Of a stretch of 64,000 bases of DNA, positions 12,840 to 24,894 are shown piece after piece. The stretch is from contig OX597823.1 in NCBI GenBank assembly GCA_951406725.2, forward strand, positions 54,870,001 through 54,934,000, written 5' to 3'. Numbering within the stretch: position 1 is the stretch's first letter; every line of letters begins with the position of its first letter. Under the pieces are notes generated by a model, which was not told where the DNA came from, did not search any database, and saw nothing but the letters and a program-made list of their open reading frames with translations. The translations under genes were made by a program, and so were the position numbers. The stretch is from Octopus vulgaris (taxonomy: Eukaryota).

Positions 12840-13216
12840 ATCAACAGCAAGACACTTGTTCCTGTCCTGAAGAGTGACTTGAGGCCGCATGTCATACTCT
12901 ATTCCAGTTCACCAAAACAAATGATCTTGATTGACCTCATCATGTTCTTTCAAAGTAGAATAGAAAAAGCTCATGTATTCAAGACTGAAATATGTGCCAG
13001 TTGACCAACAACCCGAGGGAAGCAAACTTTCAAGTCAAGATTTTCCCTGTAGAAATTGGAGCCAGATGTTTTGTAAGCAAATCTGCTTACACTCTAATGA
13101 AACATCTCTCAGTCTCTGAAAAGAACAGCACCAAAGCCTTAAAGGCTGAAACAGCAGAGAGATGTTCTGGCTGGATCTGGTTGAAGAGGAACAAAAGTGA
13201 CCACCATACCATTTGA
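12840..13216 (+). mobile_element. Degenerate 3' end of an RLE-type (HERO-like) non-LTR retrotransposon
   Basis: Two overlapping frames give LRPHVILYSSSPKQMILIDL..F.SRIEKAH.FK and FPVEIGARCFVSKS..LMK.L...AETAERCSGWIWLKR. These resemble the restriction-like endonuclease and C-terminus of HERO-clade elements (LRPDIVLWS..IELTVPWE..EEAHERK..PVEVGCRGF..AERASRWLWLKR, from memory). Confidence 0.7.
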
Positions 13217-14055
13217 AGGCAATACTTTTTTTTTGTTTTAACACTAAGTGAAGTAACTCTGAGTGAGTCATTGTGATAGCATCGACGTTTTACTGCTACC
13301 ATGACAACCAAGTTATCTCATCTTTAAGTATAAGTCTGAAAGCTGAGTCAATGGAGAGGAGTTCTAACTAGATGAAATCTCTAAGTGGGTGGTTTAGATG
13401 CATGTCTCCAATATCCAAGTGGTTAAAAAGTGTCAGCAGAAGGACACCCAGGAGTCATGATCTAGATGTGGCCTGGTTCCCTTAGAGTGTAAGAAGTTAA
13501 GGGCCAAAACACTAGCCTGATGGACTGTTTCTTCTCTGAAGACCTACTGTTCAGCTCTCTTGAGAGTTTCTTAGCACGACTTTAAACTCTCATCATCTGG
13601 CATAAAGCCATCTCCATAATCAATTCAACGCCCACCTCAGTTGTGAGTTACTTGGTAATCTTACTGGTGCTGGTGCCACATAAAAAGCACCCAATACACA
13701 AGGCAATGTGGATGACATTAGGAAGGGCATCCAACTGTAGAAACCATGCCAAAGCTGACACTGGTGTTTGGTGCAGTCCTCTGGCTTGTTAGCTCCTTTC
13801 AAACTGTGTAACCCATGCCAGCATGGAAAAATGAATGCTAAATGGTGATGATGATGATGAGGATGCTGATGACAACGGCAACTATGATGAAGATGGCAAC
13901 AATGAGGACAATTATGATGATGATGGTGATGTTTGTGGAATGACTGATCCTTAAAGCAAAAAGAGTTCATGAAATAGCTGTTCCTTAATTCCTATTTCTC
14001 ATGTAAATTGCTGATAATTGGACCAAAGAATCCTTAATCCTCATGGTAAATGAAA

Positions 14056-14456
14056 TGTGGTAAGTAGCTTGCTTATCCACCACATGGTTCCAGGTTCATT
14101 TCCACTGCGTGGCACCTTGGGCAAGTGTCTTCTACTATTGCGTCGGGCCAACCAAAGCCTTGTGAGTGGATTTGGTACATGGAAACTGAAAGGAGCCCGT
14201 CGTATGTATGTATATATAAATGTATGTGTGTGTATATGTTTGTGTGTCTGTGTTTGTCCCAATATCACTTGACAACTGATGCTGGTGTGTTTACGTCCCC
14301 GTAACTTAGTGGTTCGGCAAAATAGACCGATAGAACAAGTACTAGGCTTACAAAGAATAAGTCCTGGGGTCGATTTGCGTGACTAAAGGCGGTGCTCCTG
14401 CATGGCCACAGTCAAATGACTGAAACAAGTAAAAGAGAGTAAAAGAGAAAGAGAGT
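14056..14456 (+). mobile_element. SINE family A copy
   Basis: Colinear with 2134-2555; slightly 5'-truncated. Confidence 0.88.
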
Positions 14457-15131
14457 ATATTTTCCAGTGCTGAAGATACTCTGATCTCAAAGAATGTGCT
14501 CCAATTTTGGTTTGGAAATTTTGAAAATATAATATAAAAGTAAAACAGGATTCCAACACTTTTACTTAATTTACTAAAATGCTTTGTTTGTAGCTTGGCA
14601 ATATATAAACCCTTCCACCAAGATCAACTTTGCCTTTCTTCTTGTCAGGATTGATAAAATCAGTACCAGCTGAGTATTGGGGTTCATGTAATCGAGTGGA
14701 CCCCTTCCTCAAAATTGCTGGCCTTGTGTCAAAATTTGAAATTAATATATAAACTCTTTTGATCACTTTATAAATCTGCATTTTTATCTTTTACTTTAAT
14801 AGTATGAAGATGGTAAGTTTAGCATAGATATTCCTCATTGAAAACAAAGCCTTGGAATTTTCTTTTAGTTTTTTACATTCTGGACTTAATTCTGTTGAGA
14901 AAACCAATTTTGCCCTTGTAGGAGGCATGAAAATGTTCTGCGACTTATTTCAAGTAAATATAACATCTTTGACTGGGAAATATGGTATTTGTTAATCTAC
15001 AAGACTCTGTGAAATAGTTAATCTTTAATCTTTAATCCACATGAAACCAAATTTTTGATTAACTTTTAAATTTTTATCCGAAAGAACCTTAAGGCCTGTG
15101 CTTAATTCCTGTTTCTGGATAAAATGTTAGT

Positions 15132-15336
15132 TAGGTGCAGGTGTGGCTGTGTGGTAAGAAGCTTGCTTCCCAACCACATGGTTCCGGATTCAGTCCCACT
15201 GTGTGGTACATTGGGCACATTGGGCAAGTGTCTTCTACGATAGCCTCAGGCCAACCAAAGACTTGTGAGTGGATTTGGTAGACAGCTACTGAAAGAAGCC
15301 CATTGTATATATACATATGTGTGTGTGTGTGTGTGT

Positions 15337-15378
<42 letters not shown>

Positions 15379-15590
15379 TTATGTGAGTGTGTCTTTGTGT
15401 CTGTGTTTGTCTCCCCCACCCCCACCATTGCTCTATTGGCAAAAGAGACCAATAGAATAAGTACTAGGCTTACAAAGAATAAGTCCCAAGGTCGATTTCT
15501 TCAACTAAAAAAAATCCTTTAATGTGGTGCTCCAGCATGACCACAGTCAAATGACTGAAACAAAAAAAAGAATAAATGAATAAAAGAATA
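15132..15590 (+). mobile_element. SINE family A copy
   Basis: Colinear with 2134-2555, with an internal deletion. Confidence 0.85.
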
Positions 15591-16169
15591 GCTACCAATA
15601 ACTATTCACAAGTTTGGTACTTATTCTTTGCAGGTGGTGAAGCTGAAAAATTGAGAATTATGTGTTCTTGCCTCATGAAATAAGCTGAACTGTTTTAGAA
15701 TGCATGAACATCTGATTTCAGATAACCTGACAATATATTGTATTCTTTTTTTTCACATCTACAGAATGAAACTAAAGCCAGTAAAATTTTGGTGTTACTT
15801 TTATTTGTTCTATGTATATTTAACTGTAATAAGTTCATAGCTTATGTAGCAAATTTTGAGCATATCGCAAAGAAACAAAAAAGTATATTGATACCATAAA
15901 TGATGGATAAAGCTTTGATACTGTAAGTTATAGTATCAAAGTGAGCTGTGTCTGAAACCCAGTTTTTATCCTAGTTCACATATATTTCACATCATCTATG
16001 TTGCTAATGTGTTTTGGATCAGGTGTTATCATCAAGCAATCTCAGTTTTATGTGAAGTCATATAACCCAGCTGAAGGTGATTATGATATAGCTGTTTCAA
16101 AAATAATGATGTGCCACAGAACATACATACATGCATTTATTCATCCATCTGTCCATATACATATATACA

Positions 16170-16365
16170 TACATGGTGGTTGTCTACTCCCTATGCAGAG
16201 TCTGGCCACCTCGTGCACTTACACCTTAGATCTATCATGGCATTTGATGTTGGTCCTCAAAGAGCTGCAATTAAGTTCTGATTTTTGTGGATGTTAAAAT
16301 GTCTTTTGAGGCCTCTGTTAGATTTGCAGATCTTACGGCATACACAGTATTGAAAAGTGTGTACA
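16170..16365 (-). mobile_element. Probable LINE 3' fragment with C2H2 zinc finger
   Basis: YCVCRKICKSNRGLKRHFNIH followed by a short 3' region ending in a (TATG)-type tail; no splice context seen. Confidence 0.45.
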
Positions 16366-16670
16366 GATATATACATACATAACAGGCTAGATATAATATT
16401 TTGGGAGAAACAAGAAAATGTATGCATCATCAGTGAGGTGAGCAACACTGCTGACATGAATATCTCTGCAAAAATCAAAGAAAAAGAGGATATCTATGGA
16501 CAACTGTTTCAAAACCTTCAGCTTCTATAGCCAGAATATAAGTTCACATACCAAAAATAATTAGTGCACTTGGTTATGCTAGTAAATTCATAAGTGACAA
16601 TTTGGAAATGCTTGGGCTTTTAGAAAAAGAATCAATGAGATATCAGACACATTACAATCTGCGAGCAGCA

Positions 16671-16997
16671 AGGCATAGGAGTGGCTGTGTGGTGAGTAGC
16701 TTGCTTACCAACCACATGGTTCTGGATTCAGTCCCACTGCATAGCACCTTGGGCAAGTGTCTTCCACTATAGCCTCGGGCCAACGAAAGCCTTGTGAGTG
16801 GATTTGGCAGACTGCCTGTTGTATATATGTATATATATATATGTATATATATATTGTATATACATATATATATATATGTATATATATATTGGCCCAAGGC
16901 TATAGTGGAAGACGCCAAAGGTGCTATGCAGTGGGACTGAACCCAGAACCATGTGGTTGGTAAGCAAGCTACTTACCACACAGTGACTCCTGCGCCT
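16671..16997. mobile_element. Two SINE family A heads in inverted orientation around a (TA)n spacer
   Basis: 16671-16783 (+) and 16889-16997 (-) are reverse complements. Confidence 0.85.
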
Positions 16998-17009
16998 AAT
17001 ATATATATC

Positions 17010-17111
17010 ATTTTTTCAGTCTGCAGAGATATGGCTAAAATTGACCCTGTTTATAATTATACCATATGTAACAGGGCAAATTTTAGCCATTTCTCTGCAG
17101 ACTGAAAAAAT
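17010..17111. repeat. Near-perfect inverted repeat (41-42-bp arms, 18-nt loop)
   Basis: ttttttcagtctgcagagatatggctaaaattgaccctgtt vs aacagggcaaattttagccatttctctgcagactgaaaaaa, 3 mismatches. Confidence 0.9.
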
Positions 17112-17136
17112 TATGAACAACCTTAATTGATATATA

Positions 17137-17174
<38 letters not shown>

Positions 17175-17183
17175 TATATATAA

Positions 17184-17220
<37 letters not shown>

Positions 17221-17229
17221 TATATATAA

Positions 17230-17270
<41 letters not shown>

Positions 17271-17361
17271 TACATGTATATGTACAGCATATATGTGCAG
17301 TGTATGTATGTGTGTGTGCGGATGTTAGTATTATATACAAATATATATTTTATATCTATGT

Positions 17362-19399
17362 AAAGCCCCTGGCCTATCAGGAATCACTGCTGAGATGCTT
17401 AAAACAGCTGGCTATGTGGGCCATGCCATAGTCACCCGCATTGTAAACCAGGTAGTTCACAATGGAGCCATACCCAATGACTGGTGCAGCAGTACCATAG
17501 TCAACTGCTACAAGGGTAAGGGTGATGCTCTAGATAGAAATAACTACAGAGGTATCAAACTGTTGGACCAGGTGATGAAGGTCTCAGAGAAGGTCATAAC
17601 CAATCTCATTAGGGAGAGAATTTGTTTAGATGAAATGCAGTTCGGTTTTGTACCAGGTAGAAGCACCACTGATGCTATATTCCTGGTCCGACAACTGCAG
17701 GAGAAGTACCTAGCTAAAGATAAACCCCTCTACATAGCTTTTGTAGACTTGGAGAAAGCCTTTGACAGGGTTCCCCGTTCCCTTATCTGGTGGTCGATGC
17801 GGAAACTGGAGATTGAAGAATGGCTAATAAGGGCTGTACAGGCTCTATACAGAGAGGCTGTTAGCAAGGTTAGGATTGGCAACGAATATAGTGAAGAATT
17901 CCGAGTAGAAGTAGGTGTGCACCAGGGCTCAGCCCTCAGTCCCCTTTTGTTCATCATAGTACTTCAAGCAATAACAGAGGAATTCAAAACGGGATGCCCC
18001 TGGGAGCTCCTCTATGCCGATGACCTAGCTCTCATAGCAGAATCACTACCGGAACTAGAAGAGAAATTTCGGGTATGGAAGCAAGGGTTGGAATCAAAGG
18101 GCCTTAGAATAAATGTAGCAAAGACCAAAGTATTAGTAAGCAGCAAGAGGTACTCAACACACATCCCCTCGGGTAGGTGGCCCTGCTCAACCTGTAGGAA
18201 AGGTACAGGTAGAAACTCCATAAGATGCACCCAATGTAAGTTATGGACACATAAGAGGTGCAGCAACATTAAAGGGAAATTAACAGATAAGATAGCTTTC
18301 ATGTGCGGCAGATGCACAGGGACAATAGACACAACAGACACTCAGAAAACAGATTCCATCACACTCCAGGGAGAGAAACTAGAAGTAGTTGATAGTTTCC
18401 GCTACCTGGGAGACCAAGTTAGTAGCGGAGGTGGATGCACAGAGAGTATCACCACTAGAATACGAATAGCCTGGGCAAAGTTCAGAAAGCTCCTACCCCT
18501 ACTGGCAACAAAAGGCCTCTCCCTCAGAGCAAAAGGTAGATTATATGATGCATGTGTGCGAACTGCCATGCTTCACGGTAATGAAACATGGGCTGTGACT
18601 GCAGAAGACATGCGTAGACTTGAAAGAAATGAAGCTAGCATGATCCGCTGGATGTGTAGTGTCAGTGTGCACGCAAAACAGAGTGTAAGTATCCTGAGAG
18701 AAATGCTGGATATAAGAAGCATCAGATGTGGTGTGCAAGAGCGACGCTTGCGATGGTATGGTCATGTGCTGCGGATGGATGAAGAGAGATGTGTGAAGAA
18801 GTGCCACTCCCAAACAGTTGAAGGTATCAGGGGGAGAGGTAGACCCAGGAAGACATGGGATGAGGTGGTCAAGCATGACCTCAGAGCATTGGGCCTCACT
18901 GAGGCAATGGCGAAGGACCGAGATCTCTGGAGATATGCTGTGACTACAAAGACCCGGGCTGCTTTCTGCAGCAATTCCACATACCCCCTACCCATTCTAA
19001 GTACCCCCCTACCCATTCTAAGTACCCCCCTACCCATTCTAAGTACCCCGGATCCCCAAAGTACCCCGGATCCCCAAAGTACCCTGGATCCCCAAAATAC
19101 CCCAATCCCCAAAGTACCCCGGACCTCGTTGCCCCCGTGCCGCTGACACGTTAAAATGCTCGAATCCGATCGTGACGATGCCGGACCCTCCGGCCCCTGT
19201 GCAGGTGGCACGTAAAAGCACCCAATCCACTCACGGAGTGGTTGGCGTTAGGAAGGGCATCCAGCCGTAGAAACTCTGCCAGATTCAGACTGGAGCCTGG
19301 AGCGGCCCCTGGCTTCCCAGACCCGGTCAAACCGTCCAACCCGTGCTAGCGCGGAAAGCGGACGTTAAACGATGATGATGATGATAAACGATGATGATG
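17362..19399 (+). mobile_element. 5'-truncated RTE-clade non-LTR retrotransposon (LINE) with intact 3' UTR and (GAT)n tail
   Basis: Starts abruptly after a (TA)n tract at [13 protein letters not shown]. Carries the 583-aa RT ORF 17395..19146. The 3' UTR ends ggacgttaaac(gat)n. No APE endonuclease domain is present (truncated). Confidence 0.92.
17395..19146 (+). CDS. Partial LINE ORF2: reverse transcriptase with embedded Cys/His (PHD-like) finger
   Basis: RT motifs [59 protein letters not shown]; RTE-type C-terminus [12 protein letters not shown] and GRGRPRKTW; no stops or frameshifts. The listed Met is not the native start. Confidence 0.9.
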   Translation: MLKTAGYVGHAIVTRIVNQVVHNGAIPNDWCSSTIVNCYKGKGDALDRNNYRGIKLLDQVMKVSEKVITNLIRERICLDEMQFGFVPGRSTTDAIFLVRQLQEKYLAKDKPLYIAFVDLEKAFDRVPRSLIWWSMRKLEIEEWLIRAVQALYREAVSKVRIGNEYSEEFRVEVGVHQGSALSPLLFIIVLQAITEEFKTGCPWELLYADDLALIAESLPELEEKFRVWKQGLESKGLRINVAKTKVLVSSKRYSTHIPSGRWPCSTCRKGTGRNSIRCTQCKLWTHKRCSNIKGKLTDKIAFMCGRCTGTIDTTDTQKTDSITLQGEKLEVVDSFRYLGDQVSSGGGCTESITTRIRIAWAKFRKLLPLLATKGLSLRAKGRLYDACVRTAMLHGNETWAVTAEDMRRLERNEASMIRWMCSVSVHAKQSVSILREMLDIRSIRCGVQERRLRWYGHVLRMDEERCVKKCHSQTVEGIRGRGRPRKTWDEVVKHDLRALGLTEAMAKDRDLWRYAVTTKTRAAFCSNSTYPLPILSTPLPILSTPLPILSTPDPQSTPDPQSTLDPQNTPIPKVPRTSLPPCR

Positions 19400-19402
19400 T
19401 AA

Positions 19403-19442
<40 letters not shown>

Positions 19443-19649
19443 CTTCAAATTTACATTAGTGCTAATATGTATATTTATGTTAATTTATGTAAAAGCAAAT
19501 GGATTATGTAATCCATGCTTATCTCACATAAATTAACATATATCAATCACATTCACTCACATTTCCAATATAAGGTTATACTGATCACTTTTATACTTTT
19601 ATTTCTTCTTCCTTTCTCTTTTTGTTTCCTTTTTCTAGGCCATTCTTTT

Positions 19650-20850
19650 GGCAAGTGTGTGTGTGTGTGTGTGTGTGCATGTATGTACACGTGTATGTGT
19701 GTGTACATGTGTATGTGTGTGTTTTGGAGTTCAGTATAACAATTATGTGCTTGCACTACTTCCTCTCACTCTCACCTCTCCTCTCAATCATTTCATTCAT
19801 CTGTCAGGTATAGTGTTTGTGTGTGTGCGTGAGTGTGTGTGTGTGTGCATGCTCATGAGAGGGAACACCTCATTCTTTACTTTCTTTTCTTTTATTCCTC
19901 TTTTTCCATTCTTTTTCTAATATTTTCTACCCTTTTTGGTAAGACAGACTTAAGACCTATAAGCATGTGTGTATGTGTGTATGTATGCACACGTGTTTGT
20001 ATATGTGTCTATGTGCATGTATGGATGTGCACATATTTGTGTGTATGAATGTGTGCATATGCATGTGAGTGTGTATATATGTGAATGCATGTGAGTGCAT
20101 ATGTTTGTGTATGTGTGTATGTAAGTCTGTATGTCCATATGTTTGTGTATGTGGGTGCATGCGTTTATATATGTGTATGTGTACATGTATGTGTGTGCAT
20201 GTGAGTGTGTGTATGTGTGCATGTGTGTGTGCAAGTGAGTGTGTATGTATGTGTGCATATGTCTATATGTGTTTGTATATGTGTGCATGTGCAGGTATGA
20301 GTGTGTGTGTGTATGTGTGCATGTGTGCTTGTGCACACATATATTTGTATATGTGTGTGTATGTGCATATACATGTTTATATATATGTGTGCACGTATGT
20401 GTATGTATGTATGTGTGCATGTGAGTGCATATCTGCGTGTTTGTGCGTGTGAGAATGTGTGTGTATGTGTATGTGCATGCATGTTTGTGCATGTGTGTGT
20501 GTGTATGTGCAAATATGTATATGCATGCATATGCACTTGCTAGCCCTTCTCGTCTTTAGCCTGGTGCTCTCCCTCACTGACATCAGCCGAAAGCTGGTTT
20601 GCAAGTTCAGCCAATTGTGTTCCCAAACAATCTGTCGTCAAGGTGAGATGTCCTTAATGACCATCCGGTTTTTTTCTTTCCTATTTGAGGAACTGACATT
20701 GGGGAGAAACTCCTGACTTAACAGGTTCTGGATTAACTTGAATAAGGAGATGATGAAGGAATTAAACAAATGGTGTGATACTGTGATAGAAGGGACTGCT
20801 TCTCCGTCTTCTATCCAACTCCTATGCATGCAAGAAAAGCAGATGATGAT

Positions 20851-20881
<31 letters not shown>

Positions 20882-21417
20882 AAGAAGGGGAGGAGGGGGA
20901 AACGGAAGAGGAGGATGATTGATGATGATGGTGATGATGATGAGGAGGAGGAGTAGAAAGAATAGGAGGATGATTGATGATGATGAGGAGGAGGACGAGG
21001 AAGGGGAGGAGGAGGAACTAGAAGACGAGGAGGAGGAACTAGAAGACGAGGAGGAGGAACTAGAAGACGAGGATGATTGATGATGATGATCGTGATGTTG
21101 ATGATGAGGAGGAGAAAGTGGAAGATGATTGAAAATGATGATGATGATGAGGAGGAGGAGGAGGAGGAAAAAGAAGGGGAAGAAGAGGAAGTGGAAGAGG
21201 AGGATAATTGATGATGATGATGGTGATGATGATGAGGAGGAGGAGGAGGAAGAGGAAGGGGGAGAAGTGGAAGAGGAAGATGATTGATGATGATGATGAT
21301 GATGACGATGTTACAAGCTGGGGAAAGCATAGTTATTTGCTATTATTATATTTTGTGTGTAAACCCTCAATGTGTTCAATTATACTTGCAGACTTTCTCT
21401 CTCTCTCCTCTCTCTCT

Positions 21418-21467
<50 letters not shown>

Positions 21468-21560
21468 ATATACGTATATACACATACACACACACACATA
21501 TATATGCGTGAGTGTGTGTATATATATATTTACACACTCACACACACACACACATGTGCA
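19650..21560. repeat. Degenerate (TG)n/(TATG)n tract and (GAG/GAT)n purine tract
   Basis: Direct inspection. Confidence 0.95.
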
Positions 21561-21784
21561 CAACACAATCTAAACTTGTCGTGTATTTATATATGTAGAA
21601 CATATGTATTTATCTTGTTTCTCTCCTGATAGAGGGCACAAAATCTCTCCCGAAGAGAGGCAGAAGAAAGTGAAGTGGTACAAAAGAGTATGGGAAAGAT
21701 GAAAGACATTGATGTGGTTGGTCAAGTGGAGTGAAGATCGACAAGATGAAAATGAAAGAGAAATCAGGAGAGCGTGAGGAATAT

Positions 21785-21870
21785 AAACCCTGATGAGGCT
21801 TACATATAAGGGAATTGAATTGTTTATATATCAAACAATGTATATGAGTCGAAACGAATTGTTGGCTGTT
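21785..21870 (+). ncRNA. Type I hammerhead ribozyme-like motif with intact core and long stem II
   Basis: aaacc-CTGATGA (21790-21796)-GGCTTACATAT...GTATATGAGTC (with inner hairpin ATTGTTT/AAACAAT)-GAAA-CGAATTGTT-gg. GUU cleavage triplet; stem I is short and partly mismatched. Confidence 0.65.
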
Positions 21871-21959
21871 TTGGTTTTTTAAATAATTGTTTATGTTATA
21901 TTATATTGTATTCATAGTATATTAATTATGTTATATTATAAAATAAATAAATTATTGGA

Positions 21960-22541
21960 TTCGAGCGAGGTCGTAGCCAGTGCCGCTGGACTGGCTCCTG
22001 TGCAGGTGGCACATAAAAGGCACCATTTTGAGCATGGCCGTTGCCAGTACCACCTGACTGGCCCTCATGCCAGTGGCATGTAAAAAGCACCCACTACACT
22101 CTCGGAGTGGTTGGCATTAGGAAGGGCATCCAGCTGTAGAAATTCTGCCAGATCAGATTGGAATCTGGTGCAGCCATCTAGTTTGCCAGACCTCAGTCAA
22201 ATCATCCAACCCATGCAAGCATGGAAAGTGGACGTTAAACAATGATGATGATGATGATGATTGTCATTTGTATCTCTCTGTTTAATTTATTTTTTGTAAA
22301 TTGCATTACATCCATATTTATGTGGTATTCAACCTATGTGCCAGTGAATTAGATGTTTTACACACCCCTTTGAAGGGATTTTTTCTTTTGTTTGTTACCT
22401 TATATTTATATATCATCATCGTCATCATTTAACGTCCGTTTTCCGCGATAGCACGGGTTGGACAGTTCGGCCGGGGTCTGGGAAGCCAGGGCTGCACCAG
22501 GCTCCAGTCTGATCTGGCAGTGTTTCTACAGCTGGATGCCC

Positions 22542-22545
<4 letters not shown>
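21960..22545. mobile_element. RTE 3'-UTR-derived elements (21960-22260 +, 22413-22545 -)
   Basis: Match the LINE 3' UTR at 19140-19399. Other copies at ~6105, 13660, 25800, 35440, 55925, 60020 and 63600. Confidence 0.8.
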
Positions 22546-22588
<43 letters not shown>

Positions 22589-23020
22589 TATATATATGTG
22601 TGTGTGCATACGTGCGTATACATATATATGGTATATATATCATGTATATATGATATATATAAGTGTGTGTGTGTGTGTGCATGTGTATACACATATACAT
22701 ATGATGGACTCTCTTGTTGAAGACAATGTATGAGCGTTCAGCTTTTTGCTGAACAACCTGCAGAAATGAGTTCTTTATAGTGATTGGATGTTTGTGATGC
22801 ACGTTAGCTTCTCACACTCCCCACCAAATCGACTTTGTTGAAACAGGCGTTGAAGTGATTGCAGAGCAACATGAGATGAAGTGATTTGCTCAACAGCACA
22901 ATGCACCACTTGGTCTAGGAGCTGAAACCAAAATGTTGCAATTGTGAGTGCAATACCCTAAACCGCTAGGCCATACACCCTCCTGTGCATACATGGATAC
23001 ATACATATAAACATGCATAC

Positions 23021-23407
<387 letters not shown>

Positions 23408-24647
23408 CCAGGTCATTAAGAATGAAATGTCCAATTTTAAACCGAAAGTTTCTTTTACTTTATCTTAACAAAAAGCAATGCAGTTAATCAAAGTATGCAC
23501 CTAAATTATCAATACAATTTTGCCATTTTATCTGTAGCTTATTTATACCTGCAGCGAAGAATTCTGGAGAGCAAGAGGTGATGAAATCATGAAAAGCTGT
23601 TTTTGCGTCTTCTTCAGATTTGAATTTTTTTCCTTGCAAAAAGTTGTCTAATGCCTGGAAAACATGATATTCAGTTGGTGCAAGGTCTGGTGAATATGGT
23701 GAATGGCAGAGTACTTCCAAGTTCAGTTCCTGTAACTTGAGTAGTGTTCTTTGTGCAACATGTGGTTGAGCATTGTCTTGCAAGAGAATTGGCCTGTCTC
23801 TATTGACCAATTTTGGTTGTTTAATTGCAAGTTCACTCATCATTTCATCTAATTGGGTGATGTATACATCCACTGTAATTGACTTACCAGGTTGCATGAA
23901 GCTATAATGGATGACACCAGCACTGGACCACCAAACAGACACCATTAGCTTTTTTTGGTGAATATTCTTTTTTGGATTGTGCATTGGCACTTTGTCTTTA
24001 TCCAACCACTGTGGAGAATGTTTACTATTGTTCAGAAGAATCCAGTTTTCATCACACGTAGGCAATACAATGCAAACATGGTTTGAACAGCAGATTTCAA
24101 GACAACGTGTCATTTGATGCTCGTTCAGTTCATGTGGTACCCACTTGTCCAGTTTCTTTACCTTGCTGATTTGTTTCAGATGGTTCAATACAGTTGGAAT
24201 GGAAATATCAACCCTTGCTGCTAACTCACATGTAGTTTGAGATCTATCTGCTTCCACTAGAGTTTCCAGCTCATCATTATCCACCTTAGTCTCAGGTCTA
24301 CCACGGGACTGATTTTCAAGAGTAAAGTCACCAGACTGGTACTTCTCAAACCATCGACGTACAGTGCGCTTATTCGCCACATTTTCACCAAAAACCTCAT
24401 TGATGTTTTGAGTTGTTTGGGATGCATTGCTTCCATAATGAAACTCATATTCATAAACAACATGAATATTTGATCTGTCCATGGGTTAACAAAAATTGAT
24501 TTACAAGAGAAAACTCACAATATAATCAGACACCATGAATTGCATTTTGAAAAGTGATGATATAACTCTTCAGGATAAAACATTAGAGTTAATGACTGTC
24601 AAACTTGGTGCATAAGAAAATTGGACATTTCATTCTTGGTGACCTGC
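23408..24647 (-). mobile_element. Mariner DNA transposon (Hsmar1/cecropia-like), ~1.24 kb, probably defective
   Basis: 31-bp TIRs ccaggtcattaagaatgaaatgtccaatttt (23408-23438) and aaaattggacatttcattcttggtgacctgc (24617-24647, 3 mismatches). TA at the left flank; right TSD decayed. Confidence 0.92.
23484..24482 (-). pseudogene. Mariner transposase, 332 aa, open but damaged
   Basis: Motifs TVRRWF, GRP, WVPHEL, TCDENW, LLQDNA, YSPDLAPT(E)YH. The third catalytic Asp is Glu, and a short deleted/frameshifted stretch precedes TCDE. Confidence 0.85.
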
Positions 24648-24664
24648 AAAATGTGACCTCGTGT

Positions 24665-24844
24665 ATACCGTTGGCGATTTTTTTCCCTCTGTCTTCCCTT
24701 CTCTGGATCTTTCCTTCTCCTATGTTTCCAACGAAGAGCTCCGCTCGAAACGTTAAACCCTCCTTCTTTCCTTAGCATCCAATAATACTATATTTGTTCC
24801 ACGTCCTCGCGTTGTTGTGTTTTTTTGTGTTTTCTTGTTTGGAT

Positions 24845-24850
<6 letters not shown>
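24665..24850 (+). mobile_element. Related short element with minimal hammerhead-like motif
   Basis: gttt-CCAACGA-A-GAGC(tcc)GCTC-GAAACGTT-aaac (24724-24758), with palindromic AACGTT stem III. Ends in (TA)n. Confidence 0.55.
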
Positions 24851-24892
<42 letters not shown>

Positions 24893-24894
24893 AA

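Noticed and set aside
15998-16297. Possible plus-strand exon GVIIKQSQFYVKSYNPAEG
   Set aside because: Weak splice signals, no recognisable domain and no partner exons.
23484-24482. Domesticated SETMAR/Metnase-like gene
   Set aside because: No SET domain, TIRs still present, and catalytic and indel damage indicate a transposon copy.
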